Source of the DNA: an uncultured Phascolarctobacterium sp.
GTDB lineage: Bacteria > Bacillota > Negativicutes > Acidaminococcales > Acidaminococcaceae
Direction of reading: 5' to 3'
DNA: 64,000 bases
Assembly: GCA_905207485.1 (NCBI GenBank)
Contig: CAJLLL010000002.1
Span: 10,015 to 74,014, forward strand
Shown here: positions 56,413-64,000 of the stretch, piece by piece
Layout of the letters: every line of letters starts with the position of its first letter
Numbering within the stretch: position 1 is the first letter of the stretch
The notes under the pieces: model-generated
Databases searched by the model: none
The model's input: the letters and a program-made list of their open reading frames with translations, nothing else
What the model was told of the DNA's origin: nothing
Translations under genes and position numbers: made by a program

Positions 56413-57885
56413 TTAGTACAATCCAAGCGGTTTCTCACCCAGGTTAATCATAATATTTTTGGTCTGGCTGTAATGCTCAAGCATCACCTTATGCGTTTCG
56501 CGGCCAATGCCGGATTCTTTATACCCGCCAAACGGAGCGCCCGCAGGGATGGAATTGTAGGTATTAACCCACATTCTGCCGGTCTGCACAGCTTTGGCAA
56601 CACGGATGGCGCGGTTAATATCCTGCGTCCAGACAGCGCCGCCAAGACCGTAATTGCTGTCATTAGCCATTTTGATAACTTCGTCCTCATCCTTAAACTT
56701 AATTACCACAGCTACAGGCCCGAAAATTTCTTCCTGTGCAACGCGCATATCGTTAGTTACATTGGTAATAAGCGTCGGCGCAAAGAAATTGCCTTTATCC
56801 AAACCGTTTTCCGTCAGTTTGTAACCGCCGCAGGCAATGGTTGCGCCTTCAGCTTTGGCAATATCAATGTAGGAAGCAATTTTTTCCACCTGCCTGCCGT
56901 CAATCTGCGAACCCATCTGCGTTGCAGGTTCCAGCGGGTTGCCAACCTTAACGGCCTTAAAGCGCTTAACGGCTTCTTCCACAAATTTATCGTAAATTTT
57001 TTCGTGTACAAACACGCGAGAACCGGCACAGCAAACCTGTCCCTGGTTGAACAAAATGCCAAGCAGCAGGCCTTCCATAGCCAAATCCCAGTTGCAGTCA
57101 TCAAAATAAATGTTGGCAGATTTGCCGCCAAGTTCCAACGTTGCCGGAATCAGCTTATCGGCAGCAGCCTGCGCCACGCCACGCCCAACTTCCGTCGAAC
57201 CGGTAAAGGCCAGTTTGGCAAAACCTTTGTGTTCCAGAATATATTGCCCTGATTTAGAACCTTTGCCGGTAATAACATTAAGCACGCCAGCAGGCAGAAC
57301 GCCTTCAATTAAACGCACCAGTTCCAAAACGCTGAGGCTGGTGGTGCTGGAAGGCTTCAACACAATGCAGTCGCCCGCAGCCAGTGCCGGCGCAAGTTTC
57401 CACGCCGCCATCAAAAACGGGAAGTTCCACGGAATAATCTGCCCAACAACGCCAATGGGCTCGTGCAGCACAAGGCTTAAAGTATTATTGTCAAGCATTG
57501 TTGCCGTGCCCTCTTCCGTGCGGATTGCTGCCGCAAAATAGCGGAAATGGTCGGCGCTCATCGGAATATCAATTAAAGTAGTTTCGCGGATGGGTTTGCC
57601 GTTGTCAAGGCTTTCTACCTCCGCAAGATGCTGTGCGTTAGCATCAATAATATCGGCAATTTTGTTTAAAATTACCGCCCTTTCTGCGGGGGTGGTGTTT
57701 TTCCATTCTGCCCACGCAGCATGCGCAGCCTCTACGGCTGCATCAACATCTTCGCGTGTAGCTTCGGCGCAGCTTGCCAGTTCTTCGCCCGTTGCGGGGC
57801 TGTAAGTTTTAAAAACAGCGCCGTCGGAAGCAGGCTGCCATTTTCCGTTAATATAAAGTCCATATTCTTTCTGTAAATTTGCCAT
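56413..57885 (-). CDS. NAD(P)-dependent aldehyde dehydrogenase
   Basis: 490 aa with the ALDH catalytic Cys (FNQGQVCCAGSR) and Glu (LELGGKSANI) motifs. Confidence 0.9.
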   Translation of the reverse strand: MANLQKEYGLYINGKWQPASDGAVFKTYSPATGEELASCAEATREDVDAAVEAAHAAWAEWKNTTPAERAVILNKIADIIDANAQHLAEVESLDNGKPIRETTLIDIPMSADHFRYFAAAIRTEEGTATMLDNNTLSLVLHEPIGVVGQIIPWNFPFLMAAWKLAPALAAGDCIVLKPSSTTSLSVLELVRLIEGVLPAGVLNVITGKGSKSGQYILEHKGFAKLAFTGSTEVGRGVAQAAADKLIPATLELGGKSANIYFDDCNWDLAMEGLLLGILFNQGQVCCAGSRVFVHEKIYDKFVEEAVKRFKAVKVGNPLEPATQMGSQIDGRQVEKIASYIDIAKAEGATIACGGYKLTENGLDKGNFFAPTLITNVTNDMRVAQEEIFGPVAVVIKFKDEDEVIKMANDSNYGLGGAVWTQDINRAIRVAKAVQTGRMWVNTYNSIPAGAPFGGYKESGIGRETHKVMLEHYSQTKNIMINLGEKPLGLY

Positions 57886-57951
57886 TATAAATACCTAACT
57901 TTCTCTATTTATTACAGGGATCACTGGTTTTGCGATAAATCCTATGTTTAA

Positions 57952-57980
57952 ATTATAATTATTAATTGTAATTTAGTCAA
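57952..57980 (-). promoter_or_regulatory. Sigma-70 promoter (TTGACT-17-TATAAT) for the aldehyde dehydrogenase gene
   Basis: Consensus -10 and near-consensus -35 with 17-nt spacing, about 70 nt upstream of the ATG. Confidence 0.45.
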
Positions 57981-58069
57981 TATAGAATTATGTTACAATA
58001 AATACATTCTCGCTGTTTTGCTGTGAATTTTTTGTAGAATATCTAAACTTTGCTGGCAAAATCATCAAA

Positions 58070-58104
58070 AAAATAAAAGGCTAAGCACAAAGGCCTAACC
58101 TTTT
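58070..58104 (-). terminator. Putative terminator after the M48 peptidase gene
   Basis: Imperfect 9-bp stem followed by a long U-run (uuauuuuuuu) on the minus strand. Confidence 0.35.
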
Positions 58105-58773
58105 TTATCTGAACCATTTTAAAACATATCCATACTGCTTAAGTGCTTTTCTGCGCTCGTTATAATCGGGCATTACGGATGCCACGCGCTGCCAAAAAGC
58201 GGTGCTGTGGTTCATGCAGCCAATATGGCACAGTTCATGCACCACCACATAATCTATCAGCGCAGGCGGCACAAAAACAAGCCGCCACGCAAAATTAAGC
58301 ACGTTTTTGCCACTGCAGGAACCCCACCGCGCATAAGCGGAAGAAAGTTTTATTCCGCAAGGTGTTGTTCCCGTTAGTGCTGCAAAATGCTCTGTACGGT
58401 TTTGCAAAATTTGCAGCGCCGTCCGGCGGATAAAATTTAAAAAGGCCGTTCTTGTAACGCCGCTACCGCAAACAATATAACTGCCATCAATACCGATAAA
58501 GTTTTTTGCTGCATTCCCGTTTATTTTTATTTGCAGTTCATTGCCGGCTATGTGCCATACGGAACCTTCCGCAAAAGCCGGTTCTGCCGGTGCAAGTTCT
58601 GCTTTTAAGCGCATTTCACGCTGTTTGGCATTAATCCAGTGCTGCTTTTCTTCTATAAACTCGTGTATTTCGCCAAGTGGCAGGCGCAGCGGGGCACGCA
58701 CTATGCAGTTCCCGCTGCCGTCTATTGTTATTGCCAACGTGCGCCTTTTGCTGCGCACCAGCTTATATTGCAT
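58105..58773 (-). CDS. YgjP/DUF45-family M48-like zinc metallopeptidase
   Basis: Zincin motif HELCH in the context typical of the YgjP family. The start is at MQYKLVRSKRR. Confidence 0.7.
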   Translation of the reverse strand: MQYKLVRSKRRTLAITIDGSGNCIVRAPLRLPLGEIHEFIEEKQHWINAKQREMRLKAELAPAEPAFAEGSVWHIAGNELQIKINGNAAKNFIGIDGSYIVCGSGVTRTAFLNFIRRTALQILQNRTEHFAALTGTTPCGIKLSSAYARWGSCSGKNVLNFAWRLVFVPPALIDYVVVHELCHIGCMNHSTAFWQRVASVMPDYNERRKALKQYGYVLKWFR

Positions 58774-58850
58774 AAAAACCACTCCCATTAAATAACATTA
58801 TAACCTTTAAGTGCGCACAGCCGCAACTTTCTGCCATATTATAACCGCAT

Positions 58851-58878
58851 AAACTAAAAACGCCTGCATATAGCAGGC
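58851..58878 (-). terminator. Intrinsic terminator of the pan operon
   Basis: Perfect stem aaaacgcctgc / gcaggcgtttt with a 5-nt loop and a U-run on the minus strand, downstream of the panD stop. Confidence 0.6.
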
Positions 58879-58929
58879 GTTTTGGTTCATTTATTTAACA
58901 GAAGTTTTTTACAGATAAGCCGTATCTTA

Positions 58930-59313
58930 TCACCCTATTTCCCTTTCCTGTTCCGTACCGCGTACTTTTACGGGCTTATTGGCATCGTCAACCATTACAA
59001 CTTTCGGAGTTAAGGTGCGCGCTTCTTCTTCCGTCATCTGTGCGTAAGCCATAATAATAACTTTATCGCCCGGCTGCACAAGGCGCGCTGCCGCACCGTT
59101 AAGGCAAATTACGCCGCTGCCCGGTGCGCCTGCAATAGTGTAGGTTTCAAGGCGAGAGCCGTTGTTGTTGTCTACAATCTGTACGCGCTCGCCCGGCAAA
59201 ATGCCTGCCATTTCCATAAGTTCGCTGTCAATGGTTACGCTGCCCATATATTCAAGGTTGGCTTCCGTTACGGTAGCGCGGTGGATTTTGCCGTGCATCA
59301 TTGTATAAAGCAT
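58930..59313 (-). CDS. panD: Aspartate 1-decarboxylase
   Basis: 127 aa with pyruvoyl-dependent PanD and the self-cleavage site MGSVTID (Gly-Ser). Confidence 0.9.
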   Translation of the reverse strand: MLYTMMHGKIHRATVTEANLEYMGSVTIDSELMEMAGILPGERVQIVDNNNGSRLETYTIAGAPGSGVICLNGAAARLVQPGDKVIIMAYAQMTEEEARTLTPKVVMVDDANKPVKVRGTEQEREIG

Positions 59314-60177
59314 TTATTTTACCTCCAAAACTACGTTGTCAATTAATCTGGTTGTGCCAAATTTTACTGCTACTGCCAAAAGGTAGCTGCCTTTGGTTAA
59401 AACTTCCGGCACCGGCATAAGCCCCGGCAGTGCGTACATTTCCACATAATCAATATTTGCCGTCGGCTCATCGCCGATAAGTTTTTTAACGCCTTCCACC
59501 AATTTTTGGCTGCTGCGTTCGCCTGCGTCAAAAAGAGTTTGTGCAGTTTCAAGGCTGCTGCTTAACACAACTGCCGCTGCGCGTTCAGCCTTGCTTAAAT
59601 AGGTGTTGCGCGAAGATTTTGCCAGTCCGTCCGCTTCACGCACAATAGGCATAATGCGCAGTTGTACGTTAAAGAACAAATCTTTAACCATGCGTTTTAA
59701 AACTTCAACCTGCTGCGCATCTTTCTGCCCAAAATAAGCATGGTCCGGCTGAGCCAGATTAAACAGCTTGCTTACCACGGTGGTTACGCCGCGGAAATGG
59801 ATGGGACGGGTACGTCCGCACAGAACTTTGGTAATATCGCCGGTTACTTCTACCCAGGTCATATCTTCGCTGGGGTACATTTCGGCAGGCGCCGGCGCAA
59901 AAACAATGTCTGCGCCCATGCTTTCAGCCAGGTTGCCATCGGCATCAAGCGTGCGGGGGTAGGCGTCCAAATCTTCATTGGGGCCAAACTGCGTGGGGTT
60001 TACAAATACGCTTACCACAACAAGTTCGTTTTCCATTGCCGCTGCTTTAATAAGCGAAGCATGCCCTTCATGCAGCGCGCCCATGGTCGGCACAAGGCCG
60101 ATAGTTTTGCCGGCTGTTTTAGCCAGCGCTATTTCTTCGCGGAGTTCCGCTACGGTTTTGCAAAGTTTCATTTTCAT
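59314..60177 (-). CDS. panC: Pantoate--beta-alanine ligase
   Basis: 287 aa with HIGH-like PTMGALHEGH and KMSKS-like region typical of PanC. Confidence 0.9.
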   Translation of the reverse strand: MKMKLCKTVAELREEIALAKTAGKTIGLVPTMGALHEGHASLIKAAAMENELVVVSVFVNPTQFGPNEDLDAYPRTLDADGNLAESMGADIVFAPAPAEMYPSEDMTWVEVTGDITKVLCGRTRPIHFRGVTTVVSKLFNLAQPDHAYFGQKDAQQVEVLKRMVKDLFFNVQLRIMPIVREADGLAKSSRNTYLSKAERAAAVVLSSSLETAQTLFDAGERSSQKLVEGVKKLIGDEPTANIDYVEMYALPGLMPVPEVLTKGSYLLAVAVKFGTTRLIDNVVLEVK

Positions 60178-60188
60178 TCTCCTTTGTA

Positions 60189-61022
60189 TCAGTAAAGTTT
60201 TTCCAAAACTTCTTCATCAATTTTAAAAGTATGTTCAGCCGCCGGGAAGCTGCGCGCCTTTACATCGGCAATATAGCCTTTAACGGCGTTTACTATGCCG
60301 CTGTGGACATCGGCGTAACGCTTAACAAATTTAGGGCAGAAGCCATCGGTAAAGCCCAGCAGGTCATTGCAGACCAAAACCTGCCCGTCGCAGTATTTGC
60401 CTGCGCCGATGCCGATTGTTGCAGCGGTGTTCAGGCTTTCGGTAACTTTTTTAGCCAGTGCTTCCGGCACACATTCCAGCACAATGCTGAACGCGCCGGC
60501 CTGTTCCAAGGCACGGGCATCATCAAGCAGTTTTTGAGCCGCTTCGGCACTTTTGCCCTGCACCTTAAAGCCGCCAAGCTGATTAACAGATTGCGGGGTA
60601 AGCCCTATATGCCCAACAACGGGAATACCCGCCTGTGTCAGTTTATGCACCAGTTCGCACACTTCGCTGCCGCCTTCCAGTTTTACAGCCGCGCAGCCGG
60701 TTTCCTTCAAAAAGCGGGCGGCGTTGTACATGCCGTCCACCACGCTTGCCTGATAGCTCATAAACGGCATATCGCCAACTACCAGTGCGCCCTGCGCACC
60801 GCGCATAACAGCTTTGGTATGGTGAATCATTTCTTCCATTGTTACAGGCACGGTGCTGTTATAGCCAAGCACAACATTGCCAAGCGAATCGCCCACCAAA
60901 ATCATTTCTATACCGGCTTCACAGACATTTTTTGCCATGGCATAATCATAAGCAGTCACCATGGTAATAGGCTCGCCGTTTTGTTTCATCTGTTTTATGG
61001 TTGCAGTTGTAATTTGTTTCAT
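60189..61022 (-). CDS. panB: 3-methyl-2-oxobutanoate hydroxymethyltransferase
   Basis: 277 aa with a TIM barrel and conserved LVGDSLGNVVLGY. Confidence 0.9.
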   Translation of the reverse strand: MKQITTATIKQMKQNGEPITMVTAYDYAMAKNVCEAGIEMILVGDSLGNVVLGYNSTVPVTMEEMIHHTKAVMRGAQGALVVGDMPFMSYQASVVDGMYNAARFLKETGCAAVKLEGGSEVCELVHKLTQAGIPVVGHIGLTPQSVNQLGGFKVQGKSAEAAQKLLDDARALEQAGAFSIVLECVPEALAKKVTESLNTAATIGIGAGKYCDGQVLVCNDLLGFTDGFCPKFVKRYADVHSGIVNAVKGYIADVKARSFPAAEHTFKIDEEVLEKLY

Positions 61023-61885
61023 TATTTTGCCTCCGTTAATAAACCTTCCATTTCCGCCGCTGCGGATTGGCTGATGCTTTTGTTTTGCAGCGCAAGTTTT
61101 ATGGTTGCACGCCCAAGTGCGGCATAAACAGGCAAAAGTTCCTGCGGCAGCGCATTAAGATGTGCTTTTACCGTAACCGCATCGCCGCGGGAGATAGGGC
61201 CTGTTAGCGCCTGTCCTGCTGTTTGCGCGTTCAGCAGATTTTGCGCCGTACCGTTAAAAAGCGGCAGTAAAAGTTTAAAAGCCGTACCTTCATCTGCCGT
61301 CCAGCGTGCAACAAGCTGCTGCGCCAGTGCTACCGCCGTTACAACATAGTTGCTGCAAAAACACGCCGCAGCATGATATAATGCCCGTTCCTGCGGCGGT
61401 ACATAAAAAGGAACTGCCCCTAAAAGCTGCGCCAGTTTTTCTGCCAAAGCGCGCGCCAATTCAGTTCCGTCCACCGCTATGCCCGTATTGGCAAAACTAT
61501 CACGCGGTACGGCAAAACTTTGCAGCGGGTGCATGCTGCCAACTTCCATGCCCAATGCGGCAAGCGGCGCCAGAACATCCACCTGCGCCGAACCGCTTAC
61601 ATGGTAGCCAAACCTGCCTTTTACGTTCAGCCCAGCCTGCGCAATATCATCTGCCAAAGCCTGCGCAGCTTCGTCAATTGCCCTGTCCGGCACGCAGATA
61701 AAAATTACATCCGCCTTCTGCGCAAGCGCTGGCCCGTTAAGATAGGGCACGCCAAGCGCACGGGCGTTTTTATCCGCATCTGCGCGGCCGTAAATACCTG
61801 CGCATGTTAAACCGGCCGCCATCAGCGCCTTAACAAACGACGTCCCAACCCTGCCGGGGCCGATGACGCCAAATTTTAAATTCAT
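61022..61885 (-). CDS. DUF2520 Rossmann-fold oxidoreductase, candidate ketopantoate reductase
   Basis: N-terminal GxGxxG (FGVIGPGRVG). It is first in the operon with panBCD and overlaps panB by 1 nt. The start is at MNLKF, which has an AAGGGAG RBS. Confidence 0.65.
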   Translation of the reverse strand: MNLKFGVIGPGRVGTSFVKALMAAGLTCAGIYGRADADKNARALGVPYLNGPALAQKADVIFICVPDRAIDEAAQALADDIAQAGLNVKGRFGYHVSGSAQVDVLAPLAALGMEVGSMHPLQSFAVPRDSFANTGIAVDGTELARALAEKLAQLLGAVPFYVPPQERALYHAAACFCSNYVVTAVALAQQLVARWTADEGTAFKLLLPLFNGTAQNLLNAQTAGQALTGPISRGDAVTVKAHLNALPQELLPVYAALGRATIKLALQNKSISQSAAAEMEGLLTEAK

Positions 61886-61920
61886 AACAACTCCCTTCTG
61901 CAAGGATTAACCGGAAGCAT

Positions 61921-61950
61921 AAAAAAAGCGCACTCCGCCCGGAGCGCGCT
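61921..61950 (-). promoter_or_regulatory. Terminator-like hairpin plus U7 in the pan operon leader (candidate attenuator)
   Basis: Minus-strand RNA agcgcgcuccg-ggc-ggagugcgcu followed by UUUUUUU, located 35 nt upstream of the first pan-operon start codon. No upstream same-strand gene exists to terminate. Confidence 0.45.
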
Positions 61951-62090
61951 AAAATACGCATAAGTGTACTGTAACAGTCCCGTCCCGGCAATTAAGTCCA
62001 AGCGATTTTTGACCTTGTTTTTGTGCATTTGCAGCGCTTTTTATGGTACAGCCCAAACGGTGCTGCCCTATACGCTTTAAATGCAGGTAC

Positions 62091-62119
62091 ATAATAGCAC
62101 AAACTGTTTGTACATGCAA
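62091..62119 (-). promoter_or_regulatory. Putative pan operon promoter (TTGCAT-17-TATTAT) containing inverted repeat ACAAAC-t-GTTTGT in the spacer
   Basis: Good sigma-70 match about 200 nt upstream of the pan start. The 6-bp arms at 62099-62104 and 62106-62111 form a perfect inverted repeat between the -35 and -10. Confidence 0.4.
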
Positions 62120-62158
62120 GCAAAATTTTATGTTATAATTTATAAAAGGAGTGATTTT

Positions 62159-62365
62159 ATGCCATACGTCAACATTAAAATTACACGCGAAGGCAATGTA
62201 ACGCCGGCACAGAAAAAGCAGCTTATTGAAGGCGCAACCGAACTTTTGCACCGCGTATTGAATAAAAACACCGCTACTACCGTTGTTGTTATTGATGAGG
62301 TTGATACCGATAACTGGGGCATTGGCGGCGTACCGGTAACGGAAATACGCAAGCAGCAGAAATAA
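62159..62365 (+). CDS. 4-oxalocrotonate tautomerase family protein
   Basis: 68 aa starting MPYVNIKITREG, with the catalytic Pro1 after Met. The AAGGAG RBS and an extended -10 TGTTATAAT lie upstream. Confidence 0.75.
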   Translation: MPYVNIKITREGNVTPAQKKQLIEGATELLHRVLNKNTATTVVVIDEVDTDNWGIGGVPVTEIRKQQK

Positions 62366-62401
62366 ATGCCTGTTAAACAAATTTAAACCAATATACACAA
62401 A

Positions 62402-62440
62402 AACAGCCCAACGCAGTTAAGCGTCAGGCTGTTTTTATTT
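62402..62440 (+). terminator. Putative terminator after the tautomerase gene
   Basis: Stem aacagcc / ggctgtt with a long loop, followed by UUUUAUUUU. Confidence 0.4.
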
Positions 62441-62622
62441 TGCCATTGCCGCAGCTTTTTTAATTTGCGCCGCGTGCAATGCTTTGCGTCAGCGTGGCAA
62501 TGCTTTCGGTAAGTTTATCAAGTTTGTTTTCCATACGTACCAGAAGATACCATGACAACACTACCGGAAAACCAAAATTGGCAAGCTGGCTGAAAAATAG
62601 TTCCATATCCATCGGTTATGCG

Positions 62623-62835
62623 TTATTTAAGCACTGTTACTTCGGTAGTGCGCACGCGCGCTTCCACAGCTTCCGCCAGTCCGTTGCCGTCGGCGTTGAA
62701 CACATCGCTTTCAATTACGTTCTGCATGGCTGTGCGCGCTTCTTCCGCCGTTACATTCTCACGCGGGCCGGTTACGTTAAGCACTTTCTGTTTGCCGTCT
62801 GCCTTTTTAAATACAAGCTGCAATACTTTTTCCAT
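62623..62835 (-). CDS. DUF1659-family small protein
   Basis: 70 aa, with the MEKVLQLVFKK...NVTAEEARTAMQ pattern characteristic of DUF1659. It is paired with an upstream DUF2922 gene. Confidence 0.5.
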   Translation of the reverse strand: MEKVLQLVFKKADGKQKVLNVTGPRENVTAEEARTAMQNVIESDVFNADGNGLAEAVEARVRTTEVTVLK

Positions 62836-62854
62836 TATTATCTGCTCCTTTCAA

Positions 62855-63079
62855 TTACTCTGCTTCTGCCACTTCGGCTTTTTCGGTTACAACAATGCTT
62901 ACAACTTCATTTTCCATCAGGCTGCCCAGCGCCGTACCAGCTTTAACAAGGTCATCAGCAGAAGCTTCCTTTTTAATGCCCGAGTAGCTGTGCGCTTTGG
63001 TTTTTGCAATTCCTTCATCATCAAAACCATCCTCCACGTTAATTGCCATAGTTTGGGATAATACTGTTTTTACTGCCAT
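62855..63079 (-). CDS. DUF2922-family small protein
   Basis: About 74 aa starting at MAVKTVLSQ, with an AGGAG RBS. It is usually found adjacent to DUF1659 in Firmicutes. Confidence 0.5.
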   Translation of the reverse strand: MAVKTVLSQTMAINVEDGFDDEGIAKTKAHSYSGIKKEASADDLVKAGTALGSLMENEVVSIVVTEKAEVAEAE

Positions 63080-63424
63080 TTCAACGGCTCCTTTCTGCGG
63101 GCTGTTTTGTTGTTTGCCCTTACATCCATATAAACGTGTTTTGCTTTTTGTAATTAACCGTGCCCTAAAAATTTGTTTTGGCAACTGAAAAAATACCTTT
63201 TTATAAACATTGATACGCATTTTTACACCTTCTACTCTGAAAGCACTAATATACCCCTCTGCCTGTCATAACGGAGAATTCATCTGTTTTAGCACTCAAA
63301 ACCGTTAACTTAGCAAGAATTCACATTTTTTTACACCTTTTTAGGTTGTTTTTTAACCAATTTTATGAGAAAATATATGGGTGAGCATTTTAGACTGGTT
63401 TTAAAAGTTGGGAGTAATTTTCGT

Positions 63425-64000
63425 ATGGAATCACAAAAAAAGCATAAACGTAAAATAAATGATGAATTTACATTGATGTTTATTCCGCACAACGGCAAAG
63501 AAACAAAAACTTACAGCTTCCGCGAAAGCAAGCTGGGCAAAATAGGCCTTGTGCTTGGCATACTGTTCTTCTTCGGGCTTATTGCCACTATCAGAACTTC
63601 GATACTTGTGTATGATGCACATGCAAGCCGTCAGGAACTTGCCGTGTACCGCAGCGAGCAGGCAGCGCAGGAGCAGAAACTTGCCGCTTTGCAGAAAGAA
63701 AATGAAGAACTGCAAAAAGATATGGCTGAAATTTCCGCACTGGAAAACGAAGTACGCCGCGAACTGGGCGTTGTTTCCCAACAGCCTTCCCGCGGCAGCG
63801 TTGACCGCAGCAAATACATGGGTCAGGGCGGCCCGATGCAGGCTGACATAAAAATGATTGACGTTTATGCAGCCCAGACCAAAAACCTGCAAACCGAAAT
63901 GCAGCAGAAAAAAGAATCGCTGCAATCTTTGCTGGCACAGCTTAAAGAACGTAAGGCACTGCTTAATGCCACTCCGGATATCTGGCCGACGTCCGGCGGT
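63425..64000 (+). CDS. M23-family peptidoglycan DD-metalloendopeptidase, N-terminal part (runs off window end)
   Basis: Plus-strand ORF MESQKKHKRK... with an N-terminal TM helix and a coiled-coil (LQKENEELQKDMAEISALENE). It ends ...ATPDIWPTSGG, the motif immediately preceding M23 catalytic domains. It is not in the track because it is truncated. Confidence 0.65.
   Translation, partial: MESQKKHKRKINDEFTLMFIPHNGKETKTYSFRESKLGKIGLVLGILFFFGLIATIRTSILVYDAHASRQELAVYRSEQAAQEQKLAALQKENEELQKDMAEISALENEVRRELGVVSQQPSRGSVDRSKYMGQGGPMQADIKMIDVYAAQTKNLQTEMQQKKESLQSLLAQLKERKALLNATPDIWPTSGG

Noticed and set aside
56353-57252. 299-aa plus-strand ORF
   Set aside because: It is antisense to the aldehyde dehydrogenase gene.
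63431-63938. Minus-strand ORFs of 164 and 115 aa at the window end
   Set aside because: The plus strand encodes a coherent M23-peptidase N-terminus with a TM helix, a coiled-coil and an RBS. The minus-strand frames are shadows.
1-64000. Mobile elements, integrases, toxin-antitoxin or phage-defence cassettes
   Set aside because: I saw no transposase/integrase-like ORF, no terminal inverted repeats, and no tRNA genes. GC content and codon style look uniform across the window.

Overview
This 64 kb window looks like chromosome from a diderm (outer-membrane-bearing) Firmicute of the class Negativicutes, with GC content near 50% by eye. No mobile elements, CRISPR arrays, or tRNA/rRNA genes were seen. 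The window has three parts.

Positions 1-37,943 are one co-directional minus-strand block. It is the characteristic Negativicutes outer-membrane/LPS supercluster:
- KDO and lipid A genes: kdsA (partial), kdsB, a fused waaA-lpxK ORF, msbA, lpxB, lpxI, lpxA, fabZ, lpxC, an LpxL-family acyltransferase, lpxD.
- OM protein biogenesis: three Skp/OmpH paralogs, a conserved 420-aa hypothetical, bamA.
- A sigma factor plus a small membrane protein sit between bamA and tamB.
- Lipid trafficking and efflux: tamB, tolC, mlaDFE.
- Cell wall and envelope: a SpoIVB-type S55 peptidase, an AMIN/phosphodiester-glycosidase protein, mreB, murA, a small standalone ORF, and the SLH-domain porin ompM.
- A ppaC / hisIE / trpR-like operon closes the block.

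Positions 38,000-47,340 are on the plus strand. They hold a SAM-I riboswitch driving metNIQ, a class D (OXA-like) beta-lactamase, an AKR-ferredoxin fusion, ttcA, a DUF805 protein, dedA and a threonine aldolase, with map on the opposite strand.

Positions 47,374-64,000 are mixed, mostly minus strand:
- an ANTAR response regulator with a HisKA_2-type kinase;
- a cluster of DnaA boxes immediately downstream of tsaD;
- the tsaD-rimI-tsaB-tsaE unit, a GerMN lipoprotein, an AmiC-like amidase, nnr and acpS;
- a TSCPD protein, an aldehyde dehydrogenase and an M48 peptidase;
- the pan operon (panD-panC-panB plus a DUF2520 reductase candidate) with a structured leader;
- a tautomerase, a DUF1659/DUF2922 small-protein pair, and the 5' end of an M23 peptidase gene.

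The candidates most likely to be new are:
- the sigma / anti-sigma-like pair and the 420-aa predicted beta-rich protein embedded next to bamA;
- the WaaA-LpxK fusion;
- the attenuator-like leader of the pan operon;
- the tsaD-proximal DnaA-box cluster;
- the chromosomal OXA-like beta-lactamase.
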